DNA of 63,962 bases, the filler included, from Parasitella parasitica NRRL 2501 (taxonomy: Eukaryota > Fungi > Mucoromycota), in the NCBI GenBank assembly GCA_025201805.1. It is 8 parts of 8 records of this genome, joined end to end, with 100 filler letters (N's around TTAATTAATTAA, not from the genome) between each part and the next. Parts side by side here need not be neighbours in the genome. Positions count along the whole stretch, not along the records: positions 1 to 25,577 come from MU619386.1; positions 25,678 to 37,431 come from MU619345.1; positions 37,532 to 41,605 come from MU619330.1; 5 more parts are not named here. One strand, written 5' to 3'. Shown piece after piece: positions 24,935 to 39,288 of the stretch. The position numbers and the translations under genes are program-made. The notes under the pieces were generated by a model. That model did not search any database, had not been told where the DNA came from, and was given only the letters and a program-made list of their open reading frames with translations. Numbering within the stretch: position 1 is the first letter of the stretch; each line of letters begins with the position of its first letter.

Positions 24935-25560
24935 GTTTTTGCAGATAATTTTTGATAGAGACATTGCCAAGTGGAAAAAAAGTTATGCTCAGATAGCGAT
25001 GATCATGCTTGTTCTTATGGCGCATAAGACAGTGTTTATTCTGTTCTTTGCCGAAGCCTATCATTGATTACATGCAATTCTGATATATAAATTTGTGATA
25101 TCATCTGATAATTTTGTAGATATCTATGAAAACATGGAATCCGATGTTGTTGCCAGATAGAGGTGAGTCAACGCTAAGTTTTCCAAGTTAGATCTCGGTT
25201 CTACGGTCATTTTAGCAGAAGTTGTGAGCAAATATGTGATATTAAGTATTCATGAAGAGTGAACATTAATTGTTCTATTTTGTTTTTATTTCTTCCATGT
25301 TTAATTGTGGCGTTGACTTTATTTTTTAGGGGGAATACTGGTTATTATCATACTGATTTATCAGAATGAGAAATTATTCAAATAAAACGGTTGTGAATTA
25401 ATCAGGTAAAGATCTCGTTTATTACATGGAAAAAATGATGGTTTATATACTAGTGAATCTAAGTGGACTGATGGGAGGATAAGATACAAGTGTGAGACAT
25501 GGTATGATTTAGAGAATGGAACGATAGTGTTGTATCCATAGAATACCATGGTTACCACTA
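24935..25560. repeat. A/B repeat family, rearranged copy (module B inverted 24935-25240, module A forward 25351-25560)
   Basis: 24935-25240 is the reverse complement of ~37090-37392; 25351-25530 matches 36770-36950 directly. Confidence 0.8.
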
Positions 25561-26754
25561 TTTCAACTCAGTTGTCANNNNNNNNNNNNNNNNNNNNNNN
25601 NNNNNNNNNNNNNNNNNNNNNTTAATTAATTAANNNNNNNNNNNNNNNNNNNNNNNNNNNNNNNNNNNNNNNNNNNNAAAATATCGTTCTTCAATCAGAG
25701 GAACAATATCTATCAGTTACTTCCTCGGTGATGTTTTTATGTCGTAGTATTTTTTGTTTATATGGAGACCTTGGTCCCGATTTTATTTGAGTGAAATTTA
25801 ATGTAAGATGCAGTTTCCTTGGTATTGTTTTTGATTGTAATGGAATGATATTAAAGTGCTTGGAGGATTGATTTCATGCATAATTGGTTTGGTTTGCTGT
25901 AGCATTCCTTTGGCATTAATGCGGAAGACTATTTCATCTAAAGTTGCCCAGAGTAATATCTGTAACGAGGTATATCTTACAGCCGTTAGTCGAGTTGGGA
26001 GTATGGGATGGGAATCTCCTTTTATGCAAACAGCTCACGGTTCATTCTAAGTGTGTCTTTACCAGTTTGAAGTCTGGGGAAAATACGCGTACACAGCCTT
26101 TTATTTTGGGATGAGAGCTAGCCTCGACCTCCTCCTGGTTCGTCCTGTCAAGTTACCAAGGCAACCGAGACAGACTACATTTTATTGACTAAATAAATAA
26201 AAATGGCGTTTTATGTGTGTTCATTTGATTTTGCTCTTGAAGCATGTTTTCGTTGTGTGAATCGACTGCTGCCATCAAGTTGTAGGAACATCAATGAGGA
26301 GAATTTCTTCAACCGAGGTCCTTCCAAGTAGCTACTATATACCTCCCACGACGATTTCATCGTTAGATGAAGTTCGCGGCCACGTAAAATTCAGATTATC
26401 AGCATAACAATGTCCTAGTTTGCGCTTGCTGCTCGGCTAAGGTAAAGTTCATGTTTGTTGGATGCATTCTTAGAACCTCATGGGAAACAAGACGATTATG
26501 ATCAATGAAAAATTACTATTTCCAGCGGGAAAACACTTTAACAAAGGCATAACCGCTGATCTTCTCAATCTCTTTTACCTATAGCAAGGCAAAATGACAT
26601 TTAATATTATTCGTACCGTAGCTGGTAACATGCTTTTTTCCACGGCGCCTCAATAGTTTGTTCTCACGGGTGCAAGCCAGATAAGAACAGAAAATGTGTT
26701 TCATCGCCTATTTCCACCTTCTTTCTTTCCTTACATTGTGTAAACAGAAATATC

Positions 26755-29121
26755 ATGGCCACCTCCACAACCAAAGTTGTTGACCCTAGCAGTCTCGCCA
26801 ATCTTTCAGAAGTGCTTACCCAACATGTCCACTTCAACTGGACCATCTCATTCGCTGAAAAGAGGATCCATGGCCATGTTCTTTTAGATTTGATCACTTT
26901 GGTTCCTAATGTTTCCACCGTTGTCTTGGATACCAGCTACCTTGACTTGAAAGATATCTCTTTGAATGGCCAGCCTCTTAAGGTAATTGTATAAGTCTAT
27001 GTGTAGTGCAGTGGCAATGCTAATATACACGTGCTTTTTTGATAGTACACCGTTGCAGAGCGTCATTTGAGTCTTGGCTCTGCTTTGACAATTGCTCTTC
27101 CAGAAACATTGGCAAACACAGGCACTAAATTCCAACTCAAGGTGGATTACTCTACTACCGACAAGTGTACAGCTGTCCAATATTTGGAGCCAGAGTAAGT
27201 TGTGTGTGTATGGATCAGGGCAAAAAAGGGATTACTAATGATTTTGGTGTTCAGACAAACTGTAGGTAAAAAATATCCCTACTTGTTTTCGCAATGTCAA
27301 GCTGTAAGTTGTTGTATGTGAGGGATGAATAGATTATTAATATCTTATTAGATCCACGCCAGAGCTTTTGCTCCTCTTCAAGATTCCCCGTCTGTCAAAT
27401 TAACCTATTCTGCATCTGTCACGTCTCCTTTGCCCGTTGTCATGTCTGCTCTTTTGCTATCTACTGATGATAATAATGACGATACCAAGACCTACAACTT
27501 CAAGCAGGCCACTACTATCCCTTCTTACTTGATTGCCATCGCTGCTGGCAACTTGGCTGGTCGTGAAATTGGTCCCCGTTCCACTGTTTGGTGCGAGCCT
27601 GAGGTCGTCGAACAAGCTGCCTGGGAATTTGATGTAAGTCTGTGTGTTGGTGTGCTTCCTACAGGATATTGCATTTATATTTTCGAGTGTATAGGATACA
27701 GAAAAGTTTATCGCTACTGGTGAGAATCTTTTGACTCCTTACGAGTGGGGTCGTTATGATCTGTTAGTCTTGCCTCCATCTTTCCCATATGGTGGTATGG
27801 AGGTAGGTACATCTCTATCTGTCGTAACCGGTCCGATCCGGTTTGACTTTAAATCAGTGCACAATCAACTAAAACTTTTATGGTATATGGTAGAATCCCT
27901 GTTTAACTTTTGTTACACCCACTCTCTTGGCTGGTAAAAATGTTAAATTTACCCTTTTTAGACAAATCATACTAATATGCCCAAATTGGTTTCAAAGGTG
28001 ACAAGAGTGCCGTTGATGTGGTTGCTCATGAAATCGCTCATAGTTGGATGGGCAACTTGGTTACCACGTCTAACTGGGAACATTTCTGGTTGAATGAAGG
28101 TTGGACCGTCTTCATTGAGCGTAAAATTGCTGGTAAGTTTGACATCATAATGGTTTTCAAGACTGGCCATTAAAACAGTAATGACTAGCTCGTCTTCACG
28201 GTGAGGCCGAGAGACAATTTAGCTCTATTATCGGTTGGAAGGCATTGAAAGAAAGCGTAGAGCTCTTTGGCGAAGATTCCCCTGCCACAGTCTTGAAGCC
28301 TGACTTGAGCAGTGGTATTGATCCCGATGATTATTTCAGCTCTGTTCCCTATGAAAAGGGGTTTAATTTGCTCTATCACATCGAAAAGACTGTCGGTGGA
28401 CCTGCCATCTTTGAACCCTACATGAAGGCTCACGTTGAAAATTTCGCTTCCAAGTCTATCACGACCGAAGATTGGTTGGCTCATATTCGCAGTTACATGG
28501 AAACAAACCATGGTAAGGAGGTCCTCGACAAGCTAAACACTGTTGATTTCGATACCTGGATTAATCGTCCTGGCATGCCTCCTGTTGACCCCAAATTTGA
28601 CACTAGCCTGGCTGATGCCTGTTACAATCTTGCTACTCGTTGGGATAATGCACGTTCCAAAGAAGATCTTTCAGAATTCTCGTCTGAGGATGTCAAGAAC
28701 TTTACCTCCACCCAAAAGAGTAAGTATTACTAATTTTTCTATGCACCCCCAACTGTCTAATAATAATGAATTGTTGTTGTTAGTTGTTTTCTTGGAGCGT
28801 TTGACTGACTGCGAACCATTACCTCACAACCTGCTTAGCAAGATGGATGAACTCTATGAAATGAGCCCTATTCGCAATGCCGATATCCGTTTCCGCTGGG
28901 AACAACTCTGTGTTATGGCAAGTTATGAAAAGATCTATCCTAGTGTCGTTGAGTTCATCACTGAGCAAGGACGCATGAAGTTTGTTCGTCCTCTCTATCG
29001 TTATCTGTACACTGCCAGCAATGGCGCTGATTTAGCTCAAAAAACCTTTCTGAAACACAAGCACTTTTATCACCCCATTGCCGCTCAGCTTATTGCAAAG
29101 GATATTAACTTGAAGCAATAA
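26755..29121 (+). CDS. LAP2: Leukotriene A4 hydrolase / M1 leucine aminopeptidase
   Basis: [40 protein letters not shown]-x-[21 protein letters not shown]. About 9 exons. Confidence 0.95.
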
Positions 29122-29305
29122 ACCTTGGTTATTTTTACATGTTTATGACACATTTTCTCATTTAATTTCAAGTGAAATTACAGCATCCATTGTAATCAAT
29201 AACGAAATACAAAAAAAGTATCGAGGAATTTGCATCATGTATTCAATCACATATGTTTGGTTTTATTATTTTGACACATAGGCAATTATGAAGAGTTGCA
29301 TAATT

Positions 29306-30814
29306 TTAGATATCCTTCACTTCGAAAATCATGCCATTGTTATGTTTCAAGCGATTGAGCAAGACATGACCAAAAGCTGTGGCTGGTGTCAAGATACCAC
29401 CTTCTTTTCCAGGTAATTCTTTCAAGCTCTTGACAATGCACAATGCAGATTCGACAACCATACGGCAGGTATCACCATAACCAGGATCTCTAAAACCTTC
29501 ATAATGGCGAAAATTGGAAGTTAATATCAAATTTCTATGCCCATGTCTATATTAAAGGTTACCTTTAACGATGCCTCGTACACGAATAGGTTCATCATAA
29601 GGCTCGCTTTCAGTAGTACCAACAAATTCAATGTTGAAATGCCCCTTTGCTCTAGCCTCAGCATTAGGGCCATCACCCGAACCTGGCAAAGCTTTTGTAA
29701 TCTTTTCGCGCAAGAAAGGAACTTTGAGCAATAAACCAAAGATAGGGAACACAGTGTACAGTAAAGACGTAATGATAAAAGCTCGCATGAAGGAAGAAGT
29801 TGCGGTTTCTTTGTAACTAAACAAATTGCCATAACTCTTGCCACGATCAGCCCAGATAGACCAACTACGTCTCACTACCTTTTCATTGATTGCAGACATA
29901 ATAAAGAAAGACTGCCACTTGTTGCCGAAATCATAATCGCGCTTCATGGTAGGCAACGAAGGCTTGTCAACACCACGACGAGTAGATAACAAATAGGGGT
30001 CCATCTGCTGCTCGCGAGTCAACGAGGGATCTGTCATGGCTTCAATGCTAGATTGGATTGTGCCGCCTGACGCGCTGCCGACAACCTTGGTCACTGACAT
30101 CTTGACAGCAGCCAAGTCAAGATTATACTTGTCATGGACATACTCTGAGAGCATGAATACACCTAAATCGCTAGGCACAGAGTCAAATCCACATGTGGGT
30201 ACAATCATGACATTGTTTTCTTTGGCCTTGGCATCCAATGAAATGATGATGCTTTTAATCCAAGGGTATTCACCGGTAGTGTCGACGTAATGAGTTTTTT
30301 GACGTATGCATGCTTCAACAAGAGGAGTGCCATATCTGGTGAATGGTCCCACAGTACTAATAACAACTCTTGTTTGTGATAAAACTTGATCCAGACTATC
30401 AGGTTGACTAGAGTCAGCAATCAATATGTCAATGTCCTAAGCACGTGTAGATGAGTTGCTGATATACTTCCAATGGCAGTATTTTTACCTTTAAAGAGAC
30501 ATCTAACTCGGCAAGACGGTCCCTTACTTTTTCGAGTCTAGCCAAGTTACGACCGGCAATAGCCCATGAAAGATCCTAAAGGAGAAGGATTGATAGACAA
30601 TGTAAACGCTGATTTGAACCATGAGAATAGTGATTTGTTACTTTGTCTTTAATCTCTGCGAGATACTCGCTAGTCAACGCACCAGTAAAACCAGTTGCAC
30701 CAAAGACAACTAACGAAGACATGGAATCAGTGATCACCAATTCATTTGTTATAAAGGAGACAACATAACCTTACCAATGTCATACTTTCTTTGATCGTAA
30801 TCTGCGACAGCCAT
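29306..30814 (-). CDS. Saccharopine dehydrogenase-like oxidoreductase (SCCPDH family)
   Basis: YDIVVFGATGFTG, WAIAGRN, TVGPFTRYG, HYVDTTGE, CGFDSVPSDLG, SGGT, DPGYGDT, GGILTPATAFG. Confidence 0.92.
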
Positions 30815-31203
30815 GCTTATTGAATGAAAGGATGGTTAAAAGAAACAGTTTCACCAAAGTTATTTCCTCCAAATGTCTGTGACAATTCGGAGTTGAGGTC
30901 ATACAAAACAGAATCACATAAGCAGCATTATTTCGTAGATTAGACGACCTCCTTTTAAATGATGAAGTGGTGATGAACGCCATCTGTATAAAAGCACCAA
31001 ATTTTCAGTAGAGAGGAACAGGCAATTACAATGCTCTCTTCTAATATTTTCGATCTGGTTCAACCATATGTATCTGCTGAAGAGCTGTTCTTTTGGTTTG
31101 GCTTCTTTCTGACTCTCACATGTATCTTTGCGCTTGGTCCACTCTCAACTGAGAGAATAGAATTTATGAAAGAATGGGATGATTTATTGTTATAATAAAG
31201 ATT

Positions 31204-32528
31204 TTAATGATGCCTTCTCGAGTCACTATTCAGTGGCGTTGAGCTATTGTGTGAGTTTGTATGATTTAACATTAAATTCTCGGCGGAATAGCCTCGCAAG
31301 TCTGTTCCTTCGCTGTCAAAATCACCATCTTGTTGGAATTTACCCAGGTTTTTAGGCATTCCAGGTTGTTGCTGTTGTTGCGAGTTCAGCAACGCAATCG
31401 TTGAATCAGCGGCATTCCGACCTGACTCTAAATCATACCCTTTCTTACAGTAAGCGACACGGGTTAAAAAGGGATCTCTACATGAATCCTGCGAAAGTCC
31501 AGGATAGTATTGCCTATATGCAAAGTAGGCACAGAATGAACCTAATAAGGAGCCGATGGTAACATCTTGCCAATGGTGGCGATAGTCCTCTGTACGAGAA
31601 ATGGCTACCAACAATGCTCCAATGATGGGGAATGCAAATAAAAATCCTTTGTAGGTGTGCTGCACAGTAAATGAGATTTGCAATTCGGTCATGATCTATA
31701 TGTAATCTGTAACTTACTCCTTTTTCATCGAACATCTTGACCTTCCCGGCAATATACAATGCCAAGTAACCCAGACCAGCGAATGAAACTATAATTAGAC
31801 GTTAGCACCGTGTCACACACAGATACACGCAGGTAGATATGAAAATTACAGGATGAATGTCCACTAGGAAAGCTCTTGAATCCATCAATCATTGCATGAG
31901 AATAAATGTCAGTTGTGCAAACGCTCACACCGGTTAACCCGAATCTAGGATCGACAGCATCTGCTGGTGGCTGGCAGCGAGATAGCATATCTGGTCTTGG
32001 TCTACCAGCAGTGACCTGGTTTCCAAGTTAGTAGACAGGACACATTGTCAATATGCAGCATACCTTGATCACATCTGTCAACATGATTGTCATGGCCAAG
32101 CCCAAACAAAGACCTATTTTGGTGTTGATATTAATTAAATAAGGAGGCGCGGTTAGACGAGAAGGTGATATCATACCCAATACACCACTATGAAAATCAT
32201 GAATACTCCTCTTGTAGCCATATCCACTGAGTGAAATACTAGCAATGATGAAAATAGGCACGACGAAGCAAATAATCTATGCAGGAACAAGTCAATTTCT
32301 TTACTCTTACAAAAAAATTACGCTTACTAGTAAAGCCCAAACGGGCACAGACTCTTTTTCAGAATATGGAAACATTATGGTCTTGTCTTCAAGAGAAAAC
32401 ATTCTATGAAAGGGTGTAATCTGGTCTATGGCAAAAAATGCAGCCGTCATTATAATCACCAACACCCAATCCCATAGATATGACACAGCAAGCCTTTTCT
32501 TAAAAGGGTCCTGAAGTACTTTTAACAT
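31204..32528 (-). CDS. PAP2-family lipid phosphate phosphatase (Dpp1-like)
   Basis: C1 KVTAGRPRP, C2 SFPSGHSS and C3 SRTEDYRHHWQD across spliced exons. Confidence 0.92.
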
Positions 32529-32999
32529 GTTAAAAAAAAAAAAAAAGGAAAAAGGAAAACAACAGATTATATACAGGAACAATAAAACTTGTAGAAGTTT
32601 GAGAACATTTTCGGTAGTTTATATCTGACGAAGGCCGACGGCGACACCCAGCCTCACAGTGCTTAATAACGCCAAGGTTGGGCTTATATTACACATTACA
32701 CTAGCAGCTGCTAACCTGAGGCTTGTCCGATTTTTGATTCTTATAAAGTTCAAGATAATATATTTATGTATAAAGAATACGATAGCTATTATGCAACTGT
32801 ATGGCAGATTCCCGCAAATTAAACTAGTACTGCGTTGAGTTTATTTGACCTCTTTGTCCTCCTATCTTTGGCAACCAAACAAGGCCGAAAAAAGACAAAA
32901 TAGACTTTGTTGTTCATAATGCACCACATACAGTATATAGTATAATCCAACCGAGACGATGTCAGGTCATTAAACTTTATTTTAATCAAGTTGCGGTCT

Positions 33000-34401
33000 T
33001 TATGAGCTATTATTTCGTTGGTAATCAGGAGCTATTGATGGATGCTGAGGACGAGGTAATGGTTTTTGATATTGAGCAGCAATAGGATATTGTTGCATTT
33101 GGGGGCCGCTTGGAGGGAATGGTTGACCATTTGGACGGAATTGTGCATTATTGGGAGGGAACGGCTGGCTGCTAGGAGGAAACTGGTGTTGCTGTTGTCT
33201 GACAGAAGAGAGTTGTTGTTGCTGGCTTGATACATTTTGCTGTGGTGGACATTGAGATGGCAATGGATATGGCTGCTGCAGTTGAGAAGGCATTGGCATT
33301 TGTGCGTTATTATTATGAGAGTTGAAGTCTAACGGCCTGTATACTTCCTCCACAGGTGTGTTTTTCATGGAAGGTGGAGTAGCGTCTAATCTACCCAAAG
33401 GTGTAGGGTTAACGTAAACAGGTGGAGATGGTAATTCCTCTTCTGTTGATTCTGCAACCTCGCCCTTCTTCTTATTCTTCTTCTTATTCTTCTTCTTTTC
33501 CTTCTTTAAAGCATCCTTCTGTTCTTCGGTCAAGGGGACGCCATTTTCGTCAACCAGAGTTTCTTCCTCTACTGATTCCTCTCCATCTGATTTATTCTTC
33601 TTTTTATCCTTCTTCTTCTTGTCTTTTTTCTCCTTCTTTTTCTCCTCGCCATCTTGTTCGTCTTCTGTCTCTTTTCCAGCAGCCAATTCCTTGTTCTTTT
33701 TCTTTTCTTTTTTTTCCTTCTTCTCCTTCTTTTTGTCATCCTCCGTCTGTAAAGAGTCAGGGTTTGGATGAACAAGAGGACTAAGACTAGACATGCTGAG
33801 TGCATCAATAATGTAATTTGCTTTGACTACAAGCATGGCTTCATCATACGTGAACTAATGGATAAAACAGCATGAATAAATGATACATAGACACAAGCAT
33901 TCACAAGCGTACCCAGCGACGTTCTCTTTTCTTTTGTTCAGGGAACTTTTTGGTCACTTCCTTGATCTCCATTTCGTAAATCCAATGATGCGCTTTCGTG
34001 CCCGTCTTTGCTTTCTCGGCAAATACGCCAATATGTCTTGTAATAGCACCTTTAACACCTGCTTCCTCCCACGTTTCTCTCATGGCAGCCTGTTTTTGTG
34101 TTTCGTCTTTTTCCCAGCCACCCTTGGGCTAACAATGACACTCAAGTCAGCAACACATATATACACAAGTAGACACACTTACAATAACCCATGCACTGGC
34201 ATTACTCGAAGAAGTTACCAACAAAAATCTCTTATTAACTTTGTCAATGGGTATACAACCAGCAACTTGACGTATTCCATTCTCGTCAACTACATCTTGC
34301 GCGTGACCATGTCGAGGAGTCATGCTATAAACCATCTCTGGCTCTTTGGGTGTGCCAGATGGTGTCTTGCTTTTCTTCTTGAATAAATTGAAATCCGGCA
34401 T
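33000..34401 (-). CDS. DIPP/Ddp1/Aps1-type Nudix hydrolase with long K/E-rich and Q/P-rich tail, 429 aa
   Basis: Exons 34401-34183, 34128-33913, 33854-33000 in frame. [35 protein letters not shown] (Nudix box), FPEQKKRERRWF. Confidence 0.88.
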
Positions 34402-35865
34402 AGTGTGAAAAATTAAAAATTAAAAATAGAAAGAGGAAAGAAAACCAAGAAAACGAAATGCGAGGTCTTCAATTTCTTTTTATACGGCCGAGGTAAAAAA
34501 GAAAAATATTCCTAAATAGGACAATTGGGCATCCTTTGCGTGTTTATTTTCTTGGTGATTTATAAAAACATGCGCTGCATTGGCTTTGATTCGCCATGTC
34601 ATTGCCAATATTCTAGTACTCCTTGTTTCTTTATAAAGAAAACCAGGCGACCGCACACTTTTAGGCAACGCGCAGCAAATCTATTATTAAACTGCATGTA
34701 TTTAACAAATAGCGAAGCTTGGCTATTTTCTTCATCCTTGATAAAAAACGTTTGCAAAACGTAAATGTGTTTCATTTAGCCTTGTAAAACGATCCACTTT
34801 GTCGTGTTGAGAATAACTGAGTACATTTTCCATTTTAACTTGTGTTTGAGACATATATAACTTCTTTTTAGAGATTTAAAATGAGAGAGTGGTAGGGTAA
34901 ACTGAGTTCAGTCAGAGACGATCAAGAAAGCCTTCGTCTTGAGAGGACAAAGCCGTGTTTTACGTAAAAAAAAAAAAAAGAGCTTCGCTTGGGATTTTCG
35001 TTTTGCTCAGCATAAAAGAAATTGTGCTTGATAACAAGAGTTTGTGTAGTATGTCTATCTTTGTAGAGAATACCTATCACTTGTAAAGAATACAAAGTTA
35101 TTTTATGCACAATGTAAAACGACCATAAATTTGTAAACTCAACATAAACTATTTAGATGTTTGCATATTTGGTTATTGAAGGACACGTTCTACCCTTTGA
35201 ACCATCTTTCGTTGAAATACAACGTCAAGTCCGGTTAGACACTAAATAAATTCAGTAAAACCGCTCAGAACAGTATTTTTTTTCCAAAACATGTAGAAAA
35301 TATAACACTCCAATAAAAACTGTTTCTGTGGTCCCACACATAGATCTTGTATATACTCTTTGATTTTTGATCATATGCTAGAGTGGATGAATCATAATAT
35401 GTTTCACTTTTTTTTCGAAAGCTCCATAGTATCCACGAGTTTACATATTTGGGCCAGGCAATCTTACTCGAATAAGCGATGAAGATATCCTATACAAACA
35501 AAGCCTGTCCCTTTTTTTTTTTTTTTTTTTTTTTTTTTCTGCTAAACCTCATATTTGTTTTTTTTCTGCTTTTATCTCGTGGAAAATTTTTTGAATAAAT
35601 AGTTAAGATAAAAGCTATTATTGCGACAACAAAAGAACCTCGCTACGTATCCCAATTTTTAATTTTCATTATGTCGTATGGCTGTTACCAAAAGAAGGAT
35701 GCGTCAATGTTTGTTAAATTTTTAAAGTACATTGGTCTAAGCCAATTATAAAACTTCGCAGGTAAAGCATGCCAAAGTGCCAGAATTAAAACTACTAAGC
35801 AAGCCTGTGCATATACTGACTCGCGTCTGGGAGACATGTATAGCAAAAGTTATGTGCAATAACAG

Positions 35866-36736
35866 AGCGAGAAAAAATCACTATTATGATCAGCATTCCA
35901 CTTCTAGATTCATCCAGTTACCTTAAATTGATGCACTGTAGCTAACATTTGTGCACGGTTAATAAGATGTACAATACAGATTTATACTATGTAAGATATA
36001 GGCTAGAGATTGCCTATTAGGATGAATATCGCTTTATAGGCTTATACTTATATCTCGATACGAGCCTTAGACATTTACTAGATTTAGTATATGCTACGAG
36101 CTTATGCCATACAAGATCTATGTTTCAGATGCGTTTCCTCAGTTTCCAGATACACACTATAGGACAAATACTTATATCAATCTTACTAGCTACAGATACA
36201 TTATGTACTACATACTTGTACAATATGTGCAATGATATAGATATGCTCATGACATGCTATAGACATGCCACATATACGGATATATACTAAGATAAATACC
36301 AAGTGATATGCACTCAGACATCTGCTATTAATATAGACTAAATAAGGATCCGCTAAGAAATGATATAAGCTTATAGATTGATAATAATAACCTTATTATG
36401 GAAGATTGCTCAAGGCACACCTATCGGGTATAGTCTATCTACCAACTCATATAGTAGTTCTAAGTTATGTTTAGTATGCTGAGATGTCGTTTAGCATGAA
36501 ATTAAAGATACTAATTAATCAGAATTATCGTACACTATGTATTATGATAGAAGTAAATATTTATACCTAGCTCAAGCATAAAAGTTCCTCTAGCTGGCCA
36601 GTAAATGAACTCTAGAGTTCTACAACAACTGTCGATTTAATTAAAAAACCTATAATACCTTTATCAAGTTGAAAATTGTTGTTTTTTCTGCAATTTTTTC
36701 AAGTGAATTTATAAAGCATTCCATACCGATTTCACA
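35866..36736. mobile_element. Solo LTR, family C
   Basis: Right end ATTTCACA is the inverted repeat of TGTGAAAT seen at 41532. The eroded left end aligns without gaps to the 41532 copy. Flanked by AACAG (35861-35865) and AACAG (36737-36741). Confidence 0.65.
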
Positions 36737-37431
36737 AACAGTTTTATTTTTCAATATTTATCATAAAAACTGATTTATCAGAATGAGAAATTATTCAAAT
36801 AAAACGGTTGTGAATTAACCAGATACAGATCTCATTTCTTACATGGCAAAATGATGCTTTATATACTATAGTGAACCTAAGTGGACTGATGGGAGGATAA
36901 GATATATAAGTGTCAGACATGGTGTGATTTAGAGAATGGAACGATAAATTGTATGTATTGTCCATAAACATGTCATGTTAAGTTATCAATAAGGAATATA
37001 ATCCATTGCGATATTTTACTGAATTATCTTCAGCAGTAAGTTTCATTGACTTTAACCTCCTGCTGGAAAATTGACACATCAAGTACAATACATATTTGCT
37101 CATAACTTGTGCTAAAATGACAGTAGAACCGAGGTCTAACTTGGAAAACTTAGTAATAACTTGGCGCTATCTGGCAACAGCATTGATATCCATGTTTTCA
37201 ACGATATCTATAAAATTATCAGATGATATCCTAAATTTTCATATCAGAATTTCATATAATCAATGATAGGCTTCGATAAAGAACAGAATAAACAATGTCT
37301 TTTGCGCCATAAGAACACGCATGATCATCGCTATCTGAGCATAGCTTGATTTCCACTAGGCAATGTCTCTATCAAAAGTTATCTGCAAAAACAGTTTTAT
37401 TTTTCAATATTTATCATAAATACCACATATT
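36737..37431 (+). repeat. A/B repeat family, longest copy (~650-bp unit)
   Basis: Contains modules A and B. AAACAGTTTTATTTTTCAATATTTATCATAAA occurs at 36736-36767 and 37389-37420. Confidence 0.75.
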
Positions 37432-37531
37432 NNNNNNNNNNNNNNNNNNNNNNNNNNNNNNNNNNNNNNNNNNNNTTAATTAATTAANNNNNNNNNNNNN
37501 NNNNNNNNNNNNNNNNNNNNNNNNNNNNNNN

Positions 37532-37738
37532 TTTAATAAGGTTTGACACTTCTTGTCAAACATCAGATGTTATGTGGATAAACATTGATTGGGATATATT
37601 TTAGTATAAATAGAGATCATATCTTATGGCAATAAAAGTCTTCAGTTTTGTATCTGGTTTTATTCAGAAAAGTTTTATTACTTTATACAAATCTTATTTA
37701 CATAACATTACGCTGCGCCCTTTGACACTGGCGCAACA
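37532..37738 (+). mobile_element. LTR family A, 3' part, inserted in DIRS tyrosine recombinase
   Basis: Matches ~55025-55227. Ends GCAACA and truncates the YR at ALGNWA. Left side lost in a gap. Confidence 0.85.
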
Positions 37739-38161
37739 GCCCAGTTTCCCAGCGCAACGATGTTTTCCCGAGATACACCAAGATCCAACGCCCGAGAGGA
37801 AGCCAACGACCGAATAGTGACACCAGGTTCATCTGTGCACAAAGAGATAAATTCACGATGTAGCCAGGACAAAATAGTAGATGACGCCAGAGGTTGATGA
37901 ATATTATTGGAGTTGACAAAGAGTTGTGCCGAAGTAGGACGGTTCACCAGAACCGGATGTGAAGACACAGGCCTGAAGCATTCCACAGGACATAGTTCAA
38001 TATCAGAAGCATGAGGGTGTACAGTGAAAGGTTTGATGATACGCTGTTTAGCACGAGTTTCTTTTGGAGCCACTACCTGGAATCGAAGACCGCCAGAACC
38101 CAAGATTGAACAGGAGGAATATGGGATACGAGCCAAGTCTGAAGGTCTCAGAAAAGCCGCC

Positions 38162-38619
38162 TGTCATGAATCAACTAACGTCAGTAATAACCATGGGAAA
38201 AACATCATGCATGCGCAGTTCTGAAACATATAAACAAACATCATCTGAATCAACATCATGCATGCACAGTCTTGAAACATACAAACGAATGCCTGAAACA
38301 CTCACATGATACAACCATGCATAACAAAGGCCAATTCATGTACCCACGCCCACCTGCATGCATAATCAGCAACATCAGCTGCACTCTATCAGATAAATCA
38401 GATGTTAATACGTTTCATGTATTAATAGTCTTGCACTTTTCTTTCTTATAAATACCTGCCACTTGGACACATCTTTCATTCTCTCCTCATCAGTTATCTT
38501 GTTATATTTATATCAATAAACATTCAAAATACAAGCAATCAAGCAAACATTAATCGTAAAGTATCTCCCTGATATCACTCTGCACTACCTTGCCCTCTAC
38601 CCCCAGCCAGTTCATGACA
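38162..38619 (+). mobile_element. Solo LTR, family E (458 bp)
   Basis: Termini TGTCATGAA...TTCATGACA with perfect 5-bp TSD CCGCC. TATAAATA at ~38447 and AATAAA at ~38515. Removal restores YR MA|AFLRPSDL. Confidence 0.92.
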
Positions 38620-39288
38620 CCGCCATAGCCAAAAGAAAAGACAATTTTTGTTGTAATTTCTTAGCCGGAGTAGTTGGACGAGAAGGGATGGAGCGAGTAT
38701 ATTCCAAAGCAGGGGAAAGGTCAACCGTAGGACAATGTATCGCCACTGGAGGAGCAAGACGAGACATAGTAGCCAAATAAGAGTTAACCAAAGTATCCGC
38801 ACTGATTGTAGAAGGATGATCATGTAAATGAGCAATAGCAGCCCTAGCCAACTTGAGCGTATTAACCTGGTAGTTATGAGCCTGTTTCAACGTAGCTAGA
38901 AAATTCACCACATCTGCTCCCGAAAAGGCTGTTAAAGAGACCTCGCTTAATTGAGCCCAAGCAATGAACTGAAGTTGGTACTTTTGATACCCTTTGTTGG
39001 TAGGAGTAGGCGCTAGTTGTTGTCTTAATAGATCTGCTGTAGCTTGAGGGTTTAAATGTTGTGCTTCCAATTTGTTCCTGATAATTGCCACACGGATAGA
39101 TTCCAATTCCTCTGTATTAGTGGATGGGGTGTTGCTGGAGAAGTCGTTCGTATCGCTTGAGGAGGGAGTATCCAAGGAGCAGAAAGAGCCAACTGTTGCA
39201 CCAGAGGGAACCAAAGAGCACTCGGCCAATATGGCACTACCAGAATCACCGGGGGAAGTTTCTCTTGTAGAATCTTGTTCAATACTCG

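Noticed and set aside
33422-33808. Alternative-frame Arg-rich and antisense Ser/Phe-rich ORFs
   Set aside because: Shadows of the AAG/GAA-rich Lys/Glu coding repeats in the Nudix tail.
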